From an uncultured Lachnospiraceae bacterium (GTDB lineage: Bacteria; Bacillota; Clostridia; Lachnospirales; Lachnospiraceae), in the NCBI GenBank assembly GCA_902766825.1, contig CACXFB010000038.1, positions 2,903 to 66,902 on the forward strand: DNA of 64,000 nt, given 5' to 3'. The position numbers were made by a program, and so were the translations under genes. Below are positions 18,542-28,858 of this stretch, piece after piece; the stretch's first letter is position 1; every line of letters begins with the position of its first letter. A model generated the notes under the pieces. The model had not been told where the DNA came from and did no database searches. It saw nothing but the letters and a program-made list of their open reading frames with translations.

Positions 18542-19604
18542 TTAATTCTTTCTCCATCAGAACATACTCATATCTGTCCATTATCTTTTCCTCGCCATAA
18601 TTAATATTAATATTTCCGTCTCTTATAAGTGCACTTATGCTTGGCAGATTATTCTTCTTAAGCTCCCCGGCCACACAGTACGCTATCGCTTTTCCAAGAC
18701 CTTTGTGCTGCCTGTCGGCTCCAAGATACGGCATTACATATTCTCGAGGATGCTTTCTTGTCCACATAATCTTTAAAATATTAAGAGGTGTTAAGTGATA
18801 TACCCTGTTGTGATAATTAGGCACGCTGATACAGAAACCTACCGCTTTCCCCTTATAATATGCCATCTTTACCATATCCATATTTACAATCGATTTATAA
18901 GATGAAAACATGGCAATAAAATCATCTTTATCTAACATTTTGAACATAGGAAATGAACTGTAAAGGTCCATAATCAGGTAATAAACTTCTTCAATGCATT
19001 TATCAAAATTCTTCTTTTTCGGACTTATTATCTCATATCCTTTTTGCGCAAATTCATCAAAATGACTTGTAAACTTATCGTTATGATATGTCTCATCAAT
19101 CTTTTCAAAGATATTCGAAACATAGTGCTCTTTTACACCATATCCATTATCTAAAAACATCTTATAGTAATAATCTTTATTATATGGTTCTCCGGTATAA
19201 GGAAGACCGTCAAAAAGATTAATCTTTAAGCGATACTTGTTCCAAAATGATGCATCCACCGGACCTATAATTTTTTTATATCCGTGTTCTTTTGCAAATG
19301 AATCCGCATTTTCAAATATAAATTCAGCAACCTTGGCATCATCAATACATTCAAAAAAACCGATATAACATGCATCCTTATCTTCCGGGTACTGCGTTAT
19401 GGCAAATCTTCCTACAACCTCGTCCTGTCTGTACACCAGAAACTTGTCCAAAGTTATATATCTGCTAAGGAAATGAGTATCCGTAAGGAACTGTCTTATC
19501 GTGCCCTCATCCTCCATATTCGTTTTTGCAGAATACAGTTTTTTTGTTATATTTATAAAATCATCTATACACTTTTTATCACTGTCAAATTGTACAAGTC
19601 TCAT
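18534..19604 (-). CDS. GNAT-like acyltransferase (tentative)
   Basis: 356 aa. Only QHKGLGKAIAY resembles the GNAT CoA-binding loop. Overlaps both neighbouring genes. Confidence 0.4.
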   Translation of the reverse strand: MRLVQFDSDKKCIDDFINITKKLYSAKTNMEDEGTIRQFLTDTHFLSRYITLDKFLVYRQDEVVGRFAITQYPEDKDACYIGFFECIDDAKVAEFIFENADSFAKEHGYKKIIGPVDASFWNKYRLKINLFDGLPYTGEPYNKDYYYKMFLDNGYGVKEHYVSNIFEKIDETYHNDKFTSHFDEFAQKGYEIISPKKKNFDKCIEEVYYLIMDLYSSFPMFKMLDKDDFIAMFSSYKSIVNMDMVKMAYYKGKAVGFCISVPNYHNRVYHLTPLNILKIMWTRKHPREYVMPYLGADRQHKGLGKAIAYCVAGELKKNNLPSISALIRDGNININYGEEKIMDRYEYVLMEKELND

Positions 19605-21853
19605 TTATCGTCCCTTTTTCTTATTATCTCAATCTTTCCTTTGTATGCATCCATTCTAACGTAATCACCTGTTTTAATTATATCGGTGGCATTCTCCACG
19701 CCCACAATCGAAGGGATCTTAAGCTCCCTGGATATTATGGCTGTGTGGGATAAAATCGAGCCTTTTTCGGCGATTATTCCTCCTGCTGTGGCAAGAAGGA
19801 AAACCCATCCCGGGTCCGTCATTTTAGTAATTAAAATCTTGTCCTTTGTGTCGATTTTTTTATTCACATCCGTTATAACAAGGGCATGACCTTCTGCAAT
19901 TCCGTTAGAAGTAGGAGTTCCTTCAAGCAAGTCTTTGTCCACTGTCTTTTCTTTTTTGTTAATTATCCTGATACTCTTATCAAATTCTTCGCTTGCAAAT
20001 ACAAGTCTTGAATAATCAGGAAGCTTTGCATATGACTTATAATCTTTTTTTCTCTCATTAATAATCGTTTTAAAATTGGTATTATTATCATCAAAAATCT
20101 CTTCAACCTCAAGATAAAAAACATCTCTTACATCATCTAATCTTCCCTCTTTAACGAAGTTACGGGCCGCCTGCAGGAACATGCTCCTTACCATTCCGTA
20201 TATTCTGCTTCTGTTAAGTCTTGATATTTCCCTGTTTTTTATTCCTGTCATTGCACGCTTTAGAATAAACCTTGTTATAAAATCATCTTTAATTTTGCTG
20301 TCTGTATTCTTAGCTTCATTAAGATTTTTATATATCGTTTCAAGCTTATTCATATCGCTTCTGTACTGCTCTATCTTTTCCTCAAGAAGCTTTCTATTGG
20401 TTCTGAATGTCTCACTTTCGAGTTTTAACTCTTCAAGATTACGGTCGCCGTACAAAGAGATATAATTATCAAACATTGTATTAAATTCTTCATTTGATAC
20501 CTTGCCTTTTTTATATGCAAGCTCAACTAGCGCTTTAATAGGTTTAAGACTCTCGATATTACTTATTCCGCAAATGTAATCATTTACAGCTTCATCGGAC
20601 AGCTTTTTGCGTTTCAGCCTTTTCTTTAGCAGACCGGTAAAAATAAATGAGTACAAATCATTTATCAATGTAATGTCCCATATATCAAGAATCTCTTTTT
20701 TAATTTTTTCATACAGCTCTTTTACATCTGCCGTCGACATATTTTCATTAAAATGACTGTAAAAATATTCATTTATCTGAACAAACTGCCCGTTAAGCAT
20801 ATCCATGTTTTTTGAGACATTTTTCAACTCATGAAATGTATAAAAATATGTTTTTGTCTTCGTAAAGAACGGTATTTTAATCTTTGTATTGTCATAGGTT
20901 TTATTCTTCACTCCAAGCATATCCTGCCATATCGGAATGATAAATCTGTCAAACGGAAGGAACTTGATAAGCGTATACCAGTTAGAAATCTTATAGTAAA
21001 GTCTTGCATTCGCACTTCCGACCATGTTGTTAAAATTGTCATCATTTGCAGCCACAAGCTTCTCGTTTTTAGTCAGACGAAATGCTTCTTTTTTGAAAAC
21101 ATTACTGTACACAAATTTCACAAATGATATTGTTAACGGCAAACTTATTCTCGGATAACTCTCCACAATATTACTGTTATCAAGAATTACCGGATTATCT
21201 GTATTAAGCGTTGTTATCGGTCTTACCTGCAATATGTAAATGACATTGTCTTTAATTGCAAACTCAATATCAAGATACTCACCAAAGACATCTTTTATTT
21301 TCCCTGATGTATCTATAAGTTCTTCAACCAGGTCACTGCCCAGATATTCTTCACTGCCCTCATAATAATAAATTCTGTCTGTAAGATTGTAATAATATGT
21401 GCAGGCTTTAGTCCTGTCTTCAACAATGCCATCACCAAGTCCTTTTCCTGCCACTATTACAGATTCATTGATTATTCCCTGTGGATTTGAAGTAAAAAGA
21501 ACTCCGGAATAATCGCTTTCAACCATCTGCTGGATAATAACATCCATCATAAGTTCTTCCTCGGGAATTTTTCTTTCTTTCAAATAATCCACTACATTTT
21601 TATTGTGAACAGATTCAAAACACTCTTTTACTTTTTTCTCAATATCAAACACATCAACATTTAAGTACGTGTTAAACTGCCCCGCAAAGCTGTCACTTTG
21701 TGAGTCTTCAAGAGAACAGGAGCTTCTTATGGCATACTTTCCCCTAAAGGGTGCTGTATCTATGTCAGCGTCTCTTTCATCCCATTTAACCACCGTAAAT
21801 GGCGGCACGTTGAATCCATTATCTTTTAGTAGTTTTAAATTCTCTGCCTTCAT
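19601..21853 (-). CDS. PEP-utilising-type phosphotransferase (PPDK_N ATP-grasp plus His swivel domain)
   Basis: 750 aa. N-terminal IRSSCSLEDSQSDSFAGQFNTYLNV. C-terminal mobile domain ITKMTDPGWVFLLATAGGIIAEKGSILSHTAIISRELKIPSIVGV with the phospho-His. Confidence 0.8.
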   Translation of the reverse strand: MKAENLKLLKDNGFNVPPFTVVKWDERDADIDTAPFRGKYAIRSSCSLEDSQSDSFAGQFNTYLNVDVFDIEKKVKECFESVHNKNVVDYLKERKIPEEELMMDVIIQQMVESDYSGVLFTSNPQGIINESVIVAGKGLGDGIVEDRTKACTYYYNLTDRIYYYEGSEEYLGSDLVEELIDTSGKIKDVFGEYLDIEFAIKDNVIYILQVRPITTLNTDNPVILDNSNIVESYPRISLPLTISFVKFVYSNVFKKEAFRLTKNEKLVAANDDNFNNMVGSANARLYYKISNWYTLIKFLPFDRFIIPIWQDMLGVKNKTYDNTKIKIPFFTKTKTYFYTFHELKNVSKNMDMLNGQFVQINEYFYSHFNENMSTADVKELYEKIKKEILDIWDITLINDLYSFIFTGLLKKRLKRKKLSDEAVNDYICGISNIESLKPIKALVELAYKKGKVSNEEFNTMFDNYISLYGDRNLEELKLESETFRTNRKLLEEKIEQYRSDMNKLETIYKNLNEAKNTDSKIKDDFITRFILKRAMTGIKNREISRLNRSRIYGMVRSMFLQAARNFVKEGRLDDVRDVFYLEVEEIFDDNNTNFKTIINERKKDYKSYAKLPDYSRLVFASEEFDKSIRIINKKEKTVDKDLLEGTPTSNGIAEGHALVITDVNKKIDTKDKILITKMTDPGWVFLLATAGGIIAEKGSILSHTAIISRELKIPSIVGVENATDIIKTGDYVRMDAYKGKIEIIRKRDDK

Positions 21854-22752
21854 TAAATCTTTCCAACCAATAAATAAACTGCAACAGTAAGTAACATTGT
21901 TGATTCCTGAAGATAAGTGTATATCTCAACTTTTGATACAATCTTATACTTTGTAGGATCTTTTGAAAATTCAATAAACTTATATGTCATCCACGACACG
22001 AGTACCGCAAGCACTGCAACAGATATCTTTGACAGATTCCATACAAGAATAAAGTTTGTCACGATATCCATTAACGTCACTATAAGCACAAAACGAGTTG
22101 CTCTTTTATAGCCAAACAGCTTCGAATATGTTGTGTAATCATTTTCATCCTGCGGTGCCTTTATCTTTCTTGAAACTTCCCATATAAGCGCCGGAAAATA
22201 AAGTGTAAACAAAGTCATAATCGTAGTCAGGTTAAGAAAACTTAAGTCATACTTTATTACGGTAAAGCTTATGATATAAAGGTTTACAAACATCTGGACC
22301 GGATTATGCGTAACAAGCGCCTTAGGAAGAGACGGCTGAATCTTAGCTTTCTGGAAAAACCATTTACTCATCAGATAACCGTAGATGTATAGCACAACAA
22401 AAAATATTCTGTTAGGCATAAATATCATATTAAGCACAAGTGCGATTATCTCAAATATAAGGCACGAAACAAATATGTCTTTTCTGGTTGTTGCACCTCG
22501 CTGCAGAGGTCTGTCCGGAAACAATTTAAAATCCGTCTCATAATCCTTTAAATCATCTGCAACCCTAAGCCACAAAAGGAATGCAAAAACAGTGTAACAG
22601 CCTATAAGCTCCTGGTATGTGATATCAAATTTAGTAACTCCGCGATTAAGTAAAACTATAAAGTATATCTCCCCGAACACAATAAGACCAAGAATCAGTC
22701 TTGCAAAAATCGGGTATCTTTCATGGTAATAAACATATAATCTTTTTAACAT
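21853..22752 (-). CDS. UbiA-superfamily prenyltransferase
   Basis: 299 aa, about 8 TM. First Asp-rich motif ADDLKDYETDFKLFPDRPLQRG and second QDENDYTTYSKLFG. Confidence 0.7.
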   Translation of the reverse strand: MLKRLYVYYHERYPIFARLILGLIVFGEIYFIVLLNRGVTKFDITYQELIGCYTVFAFLLWLRVADDLKDYETDFKLFPDRPLQRGATTRKDIFVSCLIFEIIALVLNMIFMPNRIFFVVLYIYGYLMSKWFFQKAKIQPSLPKALVTHNPVQMFVNLYIISFTVIKYDLSFLNLTTIMTLFTLYFPALIWEVSRKIKAPQDENDYTTYSKLFGYKRATRFVLIVTLMDIVTNFILVWNLSKISVAVLAVLVSWMTYKFIEFSKDPTKYKIVSKVEIYTYLQESTMLLTVAVYLLVGKI

Positions 22753-23579
22753 ATTTTTTCTCCAACCCTATCTCCTATGTTCACTTTACATTCAATGTTT
22801 CGCAAGCTGTATTGTATAATGTCATCATCAACTTTTATACCGCTTGCAATAATGATAACCGTGCTTGCTCCCGGCAGAAAATATCCTTTTTCCTGCCCTC
22901 TTTCAAATTCTTTGTTATCATGGTTAATAATCCTGCCGACTAACATCGCACCGACTTCCATATAGATTACTTTTCCAAAATGTACGGTATCAAGGACACT
23001 GTATGAACGCTCATTCTCTTTGTAAATAGCATATTCACCGGAGCTGTCGCTTACCGTGTGAAGTCTTCCTTTGATTCTTACCGACCTTTGTACTTGGCCA
23101 TCATCAATGTGATAAAATCTGTGACAGTCATCAAGTGATAATCTGTAAACAAACATGTAACTGTCAGTAAGATTATAATCATCGGATTCTAAAAGTTCAC
23201 TTACACTGTACACCGTATTTTTAACTTTAACTCTTAAGTCATCATCTATCTTGTATACAAGCAGTTTGCCATCACACGGACTGATAAAACCCTCTTTATC
23301 AAAACCTATTTTCTTATATTTTCTGATAAAAAAATCATTGAAAGATTTATAATCCTTCTCTTCATACAAGGACATATCAACCGCATTTTCTTTGATAAAG
23401 CTTTCTATCTTTTTTTTACTAAAAGAAGTGCCGTTATGCAGTCCGTATAAAAATGATACAAACTTTGAGGTCGCAATCCTTGTAAGCAGCCTGCTTCCAT
23501 AAATCTTTGTCAAAGAATCCTTTCCAAAATGCTTTACTTCTTCTATGCTTTTTAGTTTTCTGTTGTAAACCTTAGTCAT
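22746..23579 (-). CDS. Phosphatidylserine decarboxylase-family (pyruvoyl) protein
   Basis: 277 aa. RLSLDDCHRFYHIDDG (PSD DYHRxH-type motif) and GYFLPGASTVIII (self-cleavage G-S-T region, here GAST). Confidence 0.75.
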   Translation of the reverse strand: MTKVYNRKLKSIEEVKHFGKDSLTKIYGSRLLTRIATSKFVSFLYGLHNGTSFSKKKIESFIKENAVDMSLYEEKDYKSFNDFFIRKYKKIGFDKEGFISPCDGKLLVYKIDDDLRVKVKNTVYSVSELLESDDYNLTDSYMFVYRLSLDDCHRFYHIDDGQVQRSVRIKGRLHTVSDSSGEYAIYKENERSYSVLDTVHFGKVIYMEVGAMLVGRIINHDNKEFERGQEKGYFLPGASTVIIIASGIKVDDDIIQYSLRNIECKVNIGDRVGEKIC

Positions 23580-23580
23580 A

Positions 23581-26088
23581 TTATTTACCCTTTTTTACTT
23601 CTCCGGTTGTTCCGTTAATCGTAATAATCTCACCGTCTTTTATCTCACTCATAATATTTGTACAGCTTACAATCGCAGGAATACCATACTCTCTTGATAC
23701 AATCGCAGCGTGACAAAGTATTCCTCCAAACTCCGTAACAATACCCGAAAGAATTGCAAACTTAGGTGTCCATCCTGTATCCGTAAATTTTGTAACAAGA
23801 ATGTCCCCCTCCTGCAATCTGTCTATTTCGTCAAATGATTCAATAACCCTTGCCACACCTGTTACTACACCATTGTTAGCACCAAGTCCTCTCATCGAAC
23901 TTGTTATTTTCACCTTCTCGCCGCCAAATACACTACCTATCTCGTTCTCACTCATATAGTTTCTGTAGGCATTATAGTAAGCTTTGTTTTTAACTATTAA
24001 TTCATTCAAATCTTCCCCTGTTAATTTTCCGTCAATGTAGTCCCACAGATTGCCCACCTTTAAGAACCAGATATCATCTTCATGACTGATTACATTATCC
24101 TTCACAAGCTTTTTTGCATAACGTATCGTATAAATTCGGATGATGTAATATAGTCTTGTGGATAAATCCCTAAACTCCTCTCTCCACCATAACATCTTTC
24201 TTATCTTGGTAACTTTCTTCTCGATCTTCTCATAATCTTTTTTACTAAGTCTTTGTTTTATTTCATCAAGTTTGCCTCGGTATTTTTCCTGTCCGCGCGC
24301 CTGATCTTTCTTAGGCGAATATTCATCATCAAGCATAACCAGATCTCTTATATTAGTTACAATCGGTGTAATATCTTCATAATAGCAAGGATATGTAACA
24401 TCGAGTTCCTTGTCGGAATGGTATCCGTACTTGCTGATAACATCTTCAACCTTATCAAAGCAATTAACTGATTTATCTATAGTGAATTCGTTCACTATAT
24501 CCTCTATTTTTGAATTTTTCCAATACTCAAGGGCTTTTTTATCATTTCTTATAAGTCTTGAAGCATCCCACATCTCATAGAACGGAAGCAGATGTGATAT
24601 ATCTTCAATATTGCTTATAAGCGTTAAATAATCTTCCTCGGTTATATGTTTTAAAAGGCTGTCTTTATTAAGCGACTGATGTATCGTATTGATGAAAATC
24701 TGCCAGAAATACGTTGTCTCACTAAACAGATAATCATCATGCGTCAATGTTTTAAACATTTCTTCGATGTTATCAACAGCGTCGGTATCATGTAACTTTT
24801 TATAGTTATTGTACTTGTCAAGCAAGCCATTTTTCAGATTCTGTGCATCAGCTTCTCGTTCTTTAACAATCTTACTCTGGGCTATAGCCATCTTTGTAAT
24901 ATCAACAATACTTTTTAAGGTAACACCTGTTGTCTGTCCGTCACCCGTATAGGTCGGTGTTATTCCGTATTCGTTATCAAACTCTCTCTCCTTATATCCG
25001 ACAACTTTACTCATCGCTTTTTTTACGGCAGATAGATTCCAGTAACATCTTCCAAAGAACATGTCTCCTAGCTTTTTAGGAAGTTCCTTTTCCTTTAAAA
25101 TCTTAGAATCCACTATAAATTTCTTAAGCGAATGTTCCCATATGTATTCATACAGACTCCACATATATGGGGTGCAAACAGACGCTGATACGCCGCCGTC
25201 TTTAAAGTCAGCCGTCGTCCATATATAGTCGTAGCCCTGATACTTTATCTTAGTTACCTTACGGCTTTGAAGTATATACAACTCATTATTGTATATTGCA
25301 AACTCTATATCGCACGGATATCCAAAGTAAGACATTATCTCAAAAAATGTTGGTGCGATTCTCTCTAAAACTGGTTTGTCCAAAAATTTATTATCATCCG
25401 AATAATCAAATGTGTGTTCAAACCAATTGTAATAATACTGTTCCGGTTTGTTCTGACCGCTTACAATATTCTCACCTAAACCTTCACCTACCTCTATAAG
25501 CATCGTCTTATCATTTCCCGTAACAGGATCAATTGTAAAACATATTCCCGAGTATTCACTTGGAACCATTTCCTGCACGATAACACTCATTGCAAGTTCT
25601 TCAAATACATTATCAAGATTACTCATGTTCCCAATCATGTAGCTAAGAACCGTTGTGGAAAACATGGATTTATAACATTCAATAATCTTTACCTGTACAT
25701 CCTCTACCTTTGTGTTCAGGAAACTCTTGTACTGTCCGGCAAATGAAAAACTGTCAAGATCCTCTTTTGTTCCGCTGCTTCTTACGGCATAAAGTTTGTC
25801 TTTCTTTAACAATTCATTTAATGTACTTTTAGTAGTGTCGCTTAATTTAAAACCATCAAAAAGTCCGACGATCTCTTCACTGATTTTTTCAATGTTATCT
25901 TTTGAAAGCAGCTTTATCAGCTTAGTTATCTTTGTATCTAATTTATTAAACTTAACTTCTTCAATATAGGTATCACTATCCAGTGCAAACCCGTCCGGCA
26001 CATTAAATCCGGCCTTTTTCATCTCCATCAGGAAACGTGCTTTGTTACCTGTTTTTTTATTATCCTTATCATCAAATCTTACAATCAT
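23581..26088 (-). CDS. PEP-utilising-type phosphotransferase, RPH/YvkC-like length
   Basis: 835 aa. VRSSGTKEDLDSFSFAGQYKSFLN ATP-grasp motif. C-terminal LVTKFTDTGWTPKFAILSGIVTEFGGILCHAAIVSREYGIPAIV. Confidence 0.8.
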   Translation of the reverse strand: MIVRFDDKDNKKTGNKARFLMEMKKAGFNVPDGFALDSDTYIEEVKFNKLDTKITKLIKLLSKDNIEKISEEIVGLFDGFKLSDTTKSTLNELLKKDKLYAVRSSGTKEDLDSFSFAGQYKSFLNTKVEDVQVKIIECYKSMFSTTVLSYMIGNMSNLDNVFEELAMSVIVQEMVPSEYSGICFTIDPVTGNDKTMLIEVGEGLGENIVSGQNKPEQYYYNWFEHTFDYSDDNKFLDKPVLERIAPTFFEIMSYFGYPCDIEFAIYNNELYILQSRKVTKIKYQGYDYIWTTADFKDGGVSASVCTPYMWSLYEYIWEHSLKKFIVDSKILKEKELPKKLGDMFFGRCYWNLSAVKKAMSKVVGYKEREFDNEYGITPTYTGDGQTTGVTLKSIVDITKMAIAQSKIVKEREADAQNLKNGLLDKYNNYKKLHDTDAVDNIEEMFKTLTHDDYLFSETTYFWQIFINTIHQSLNKDSLLKHITEEDYLTLISNIEDISHLLPFYEMWDASRLIRNDKKALEYWKNSKIEDIVNEFTIDKSVNCFDKVEDVISKYGYHSDKELDVTYPCYYEDITPIVTNIRDLVMLDDEYSPKKDQARGQEKYRGKLDEIKQRLSKKDYEKIEKKVTKIRKMLWWREEFRDLSTRLYYIIRIYTIRYAKKLVKDNVISHEDDIWFLKVGNLWDYIDGKLTGEDLNELIVKNKAYYNAYRNYMSENEIGSVFGGEKVKITSSMRGLGANNGVVTGVARVIESFDEIDRLQEGDILVTKFTDTGWTPKFAILSGIVTEFGGILCHAAIVSREYGIPAIVSCTNIMSEIKDGEIITINGTTGEVKKGK

Positions 26089-26096
26089 AACAACCT

Positions 26097-26702
26097 CTAA
26101 AACATATTTTTTCTTACGTGCATAAAATATAACAACATGTTAATTAAAATGTGGGTTCCTGCTCCGACAAGCACGAACAAAATATATATTCCAATTCCAA
26201 CCGGGTAAAATGCCCCTACAACTAGCGCCATTCCAAATATGGAATCTGCCTGATCCAAAAACACAAAAAACATCTTTGCCTTGCTGTCAGTTGTTTTACC
26301 TGATTCAATATCCAGTCTTCTCTTAATAAAACTGTTAGGGAGCTCAAAAAGTGCATAAGCAAATCCAAGCAACGCACCCACTATAACATTATACACCACA
26401 TTATTATCATGTGTAAGATAAAAATAGTTAAGATGTTCAAGGTCGCTTACCTTCCATATCACCCCGAAAACCACCGAAAAAATAATGTTAAAAAAAATGT
26501 ATCCAAAAAAGCCCTTCCACGTCTTATTATCCCCAAAAATTCTTTTATTGTCCCTTAAAACCTTATAGTTATCCATAGGCCTCTTAAGTGCCGCAAAACT
26601 GCCCGACTTACAAAAAAGAGAGTTGATAATTCCCGCTAAAATCGCCGACAGCAACGTTACGTATAATCTTAAAATCGTAGTCATAATATTACTTTTCTCC
26701 AA
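26097..26702 (-). CDS. CarS-like (CDP-archaeol synthase family, ex-DUF46) membrane cytidylyltransferase
   Basis: 201 aa, about 5 TM. GDNKTWKGFFG, SFIKRRL and FLDQADS match the CarS/CdsA-type signature as I recall it. Confidence 0.6.
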   Translation of the reverse strand: MEKSNIMTTILRLYVTLLSAILAGIINSLFCKSGSFAALKRPMDNYKVLRDNKRIFGDNKTWKGFFGYIFFNIIFSVVFGVIWKVSDLEHLNYFYLTHDNNVVYNVIVGALLGFAYALFELPNSFIKRRLDIESGKTTDSKAKMFFVFLDQADSIFGMALVVGAFYPVGIGIYILFVLVGAGTHILINMLLYFMHVRKNMF

Positions 26703-26774
26703 TTATCATTTATCTAAATTAATCTAGTTCTTCCATGGTCTGGTTTTGTCAAGCATCGACTTCATGGCACTTTT

Positions 26775-27278
26775 CTAGTTATTTATTTTCACATACTTAA
26801 TAAGCATCATCTTATCATTTACCTTTATATCCTCGCCCTCTGCGACAAACCCCACTTTTTCGTACAAATGACAATTACCCTTTTCCTGCTTAATTGTAGC
26901 CAGATGCCACTCAATCGTATCAGAATATATATCAAAAAGCTTTTCTATAACACAAGTGGCAATGCCCCTGTTTTGAAATTTTGGAACAACATAAATGGGC
27001 GATATCCAGTTGTAATTCTTATGTACCGTACTGCCATTGTGCCACTTAACCCTGACACCGCCAACCGGCTGTCCTCCTAACAGGATGAAATAATAATCAG
27101 AGTTAACATCTGTTATTTTTCCTTCAACTGTTTCAACACTTTCCTTTGCCGGACTTATGTCATCATCATGATACTTTTCATATAACGGTAAAAACGCCTC
27201 CACCTGCAGTTTATGCAGGCATCCGGCTTCTTCTTTATTAACCGGTTTTAATTCAATTAAATCATTTATGTTACTCAA
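26775..27278 (-). CDS. GNAT-family N-acetyltransferase
   Basis: VVPKFQNRGIATCVIEKL acetyl-CoA loop. Probable TTG start at 27278 after AAGGAGG; the ORF track extends to 27302. Confidence 0.8.
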   Translation of the reverse strand: MSNINDLIELKPVNKEEAGCLHKLQVEAFLPLYEKYHDDDISPAKESVETVEGKITDVNSDYYFILLGGQPVGGVRVKWHNGSTVHKNYNWISPIYVVPKFQNRGIATCVIEKLFDIYSDTIEWHLATIKQEKGNCHLYEKVGFVAEGEDIKVNDKMMLIKYVKINN

Positions 27279-27407
27279 AGCCACCCTCCTTTTCACGTCC
27301 AACTACACGAAAAGCGCATAAGACATCTATGTCCAATGCGCTTTTTTTACTCACTCAATGTCATTTAAAATAAAAATAACACTTGTGGTTAGTTATGTCA
27401 ATTCTCT

Positions 27408-27432
27408 GAAACGAGGGACGGTTCCTCGTTTC
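27408..27432. repeat. REP-like hairpin, copy A
   Basis: GAAACGAGG-GACGGTT-CCTCGTTTC, a 9-bp stem around the conserved GACGGTT loop. Confidence 0.8.
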
Positions 27433-27524
27433 ATTCACCAATAACATTTAGTAATGATTTCGTGTAATCAATATAACCTGAACTTTTTACTCTGTCTTTT
27501 AGAATATCATTTACAGTAGCATTA

Positions 27525-27812
27525 TTAATAATAATACGTTTTAAATCCATCATTTCCACTTGGAACACATGCCATACCATTGTTCGAATATGAAGGATAT
27601 ATTCCTTGATTGTTTAGGCTCCACTGATTATTTTCTTTAATATCTATAGGATTCTTAATGTAATCGACATCATCAGAAATTTCATGCGATGATTCAATTT
27701 TTTTAACACCTGTGGTCTGCGAGCTACTATCTTCAACAAAGGAACAACTATTAAAAATAATACAAAAAAGTAATATTGCAATTAGTATTTTAACTTTTAT
27801 AGATACTATCAT
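27525..27812 (-). CDS. Small lipoprotein, unknown function
   Basis: 95 aa. Signal peptide with lipobox-like IFNSC. ATGA overlap with the upstream gene. Confidence 0.5.
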   Translation of the reverse strand: MIVSIKVKILIAILLFCIIFNSCSFVEDSSSQTTGVKKIESSHEISDDVDYIKNPIDIKENNQWSLNNQGIYPSYSNNGMACVPSGNDGFKTYYY

Positions 27813-28036
27813 TCTTTATTATTTACCATATCACTTAAAGCGAACCCCAATGTAACAATTCCTATCACACAGCTTAATATAAGTGAACCACCAAGTAATC
27901 CATACATTAACATTTCATGTCCACCAAAAACACTTGGCAACATCCTTGGAACAAATAATAGTAATAAATTTATCACTGCAAAAAACACCAATATTTTCAT
28001 TAATAATAATGTCTTCTTACTACAAGTATTCTTCAT
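27809..28036 (-). CDS. Small two-TM membrane protein
   Basis: 75 aa, two hydrophobic helices. Confidence 0.5.
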   Translation of the reverse strand: MKNTCSKKTLLLMKILVFFAVINLLLLFVPRMLPSVFGGHEMLMYGLLGGSLILSCVIGIVTLGFALSDMVNNKE

Positions 28037-28066
28037 CCTTCAATCCTCCTATTAAATGATACTTTT

Positions 28067-28858
28067 TTATATTTCATAGCCATATTTTTTTATTACTGCA
28101 TATAAATCTTCTATATCACGATAATCACAATATGCATCATAAAAATCTTTCACAGCCATTGAATATCCACCCACCGTAGCTGCTACAATTGTTACGATAG
28201 TTGCTGGCGGACAAGTAGCCGCAGTAACACCAATCAAGGTACAAATCAGTAACACTGTATCTGAACTTCCCGCTTCAATTGCTCCTTGTGTGATATTTCT
28301 ATTGCAGCTTTTAATTGCACTTACATATTTATCACATTTATCCTGTTTTTTTGATGATAAATCCCAATATTTTATCCTATACTTTGCTTTACAACCTATT
28401 TGCATATAATCATTGCCATAATCAGAGGCACCAAGCTGATACCAAAAGCGATCTTTAACACTCCATTTTTCATATCTTTTCTTTCCCCATGAATACTGTG
28501 ATGTGACATTGTCATTATCATCTGCATCAATACTAATCTGTATACTATTTTCCTCTGTTATGTATTTATCAAATCCTAAAATATTTTTTCCTTGATAATC
28601 ATAATTAGTGATAATTAATTCTTCATATTCATTATCAACAACAATCTCTATTTTATCCTTGCTTTCACAATTTGTTGTAACGACCTTTCTATAATCATCA
28701 TAATCATATGTCTTAATAACATACTTAGTACCATTCTCGTCATATACAACTGTTCCATAATTATCATCCGCATTTGCAACAATCGCAGTTCTTCCTACCG
28801 CTATCAATACAAATGTCAACGCCAATACCAAACTTACTACTCTTCTCAATCTTTTCAT
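28067..28858 (-). CDS. Secreted protein with C-terminal hydrophobic hairpin, unknown function
   Basis: 263 aa. Signal peptide (LVLALTFVLIAVGRTAIVANA), D/N/Y-rich middle, C-terminal TVLLICTLIGVTAATCPPATIVTIVAATVGG. RBS AAAGGAG. Confidence 0.6.
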   Translation of the reverse strand: MKRLRRVVSLVLALTFVLIAVGRTAIVANADDNYGTVVYDENGTKYVIKTYDYDDYRKVVTTNCESKDKIEIVVDNEYEELIITNYDYQGKNILGFDKYITEENSIQISIDADDNDNVTSQYSWGKKRYEKWSVKDRFWYQLGASDYGNDYMQIGCKAKYRIKYWDLSSKKQDKCDKYVSAIKSCNRNITQGAIEAGSSDTVLLICTLIGVTAATCPPATIVTIVAATVGGYSMAVKDFYDAYCDYRDIEDLYAVIKKYGYEI

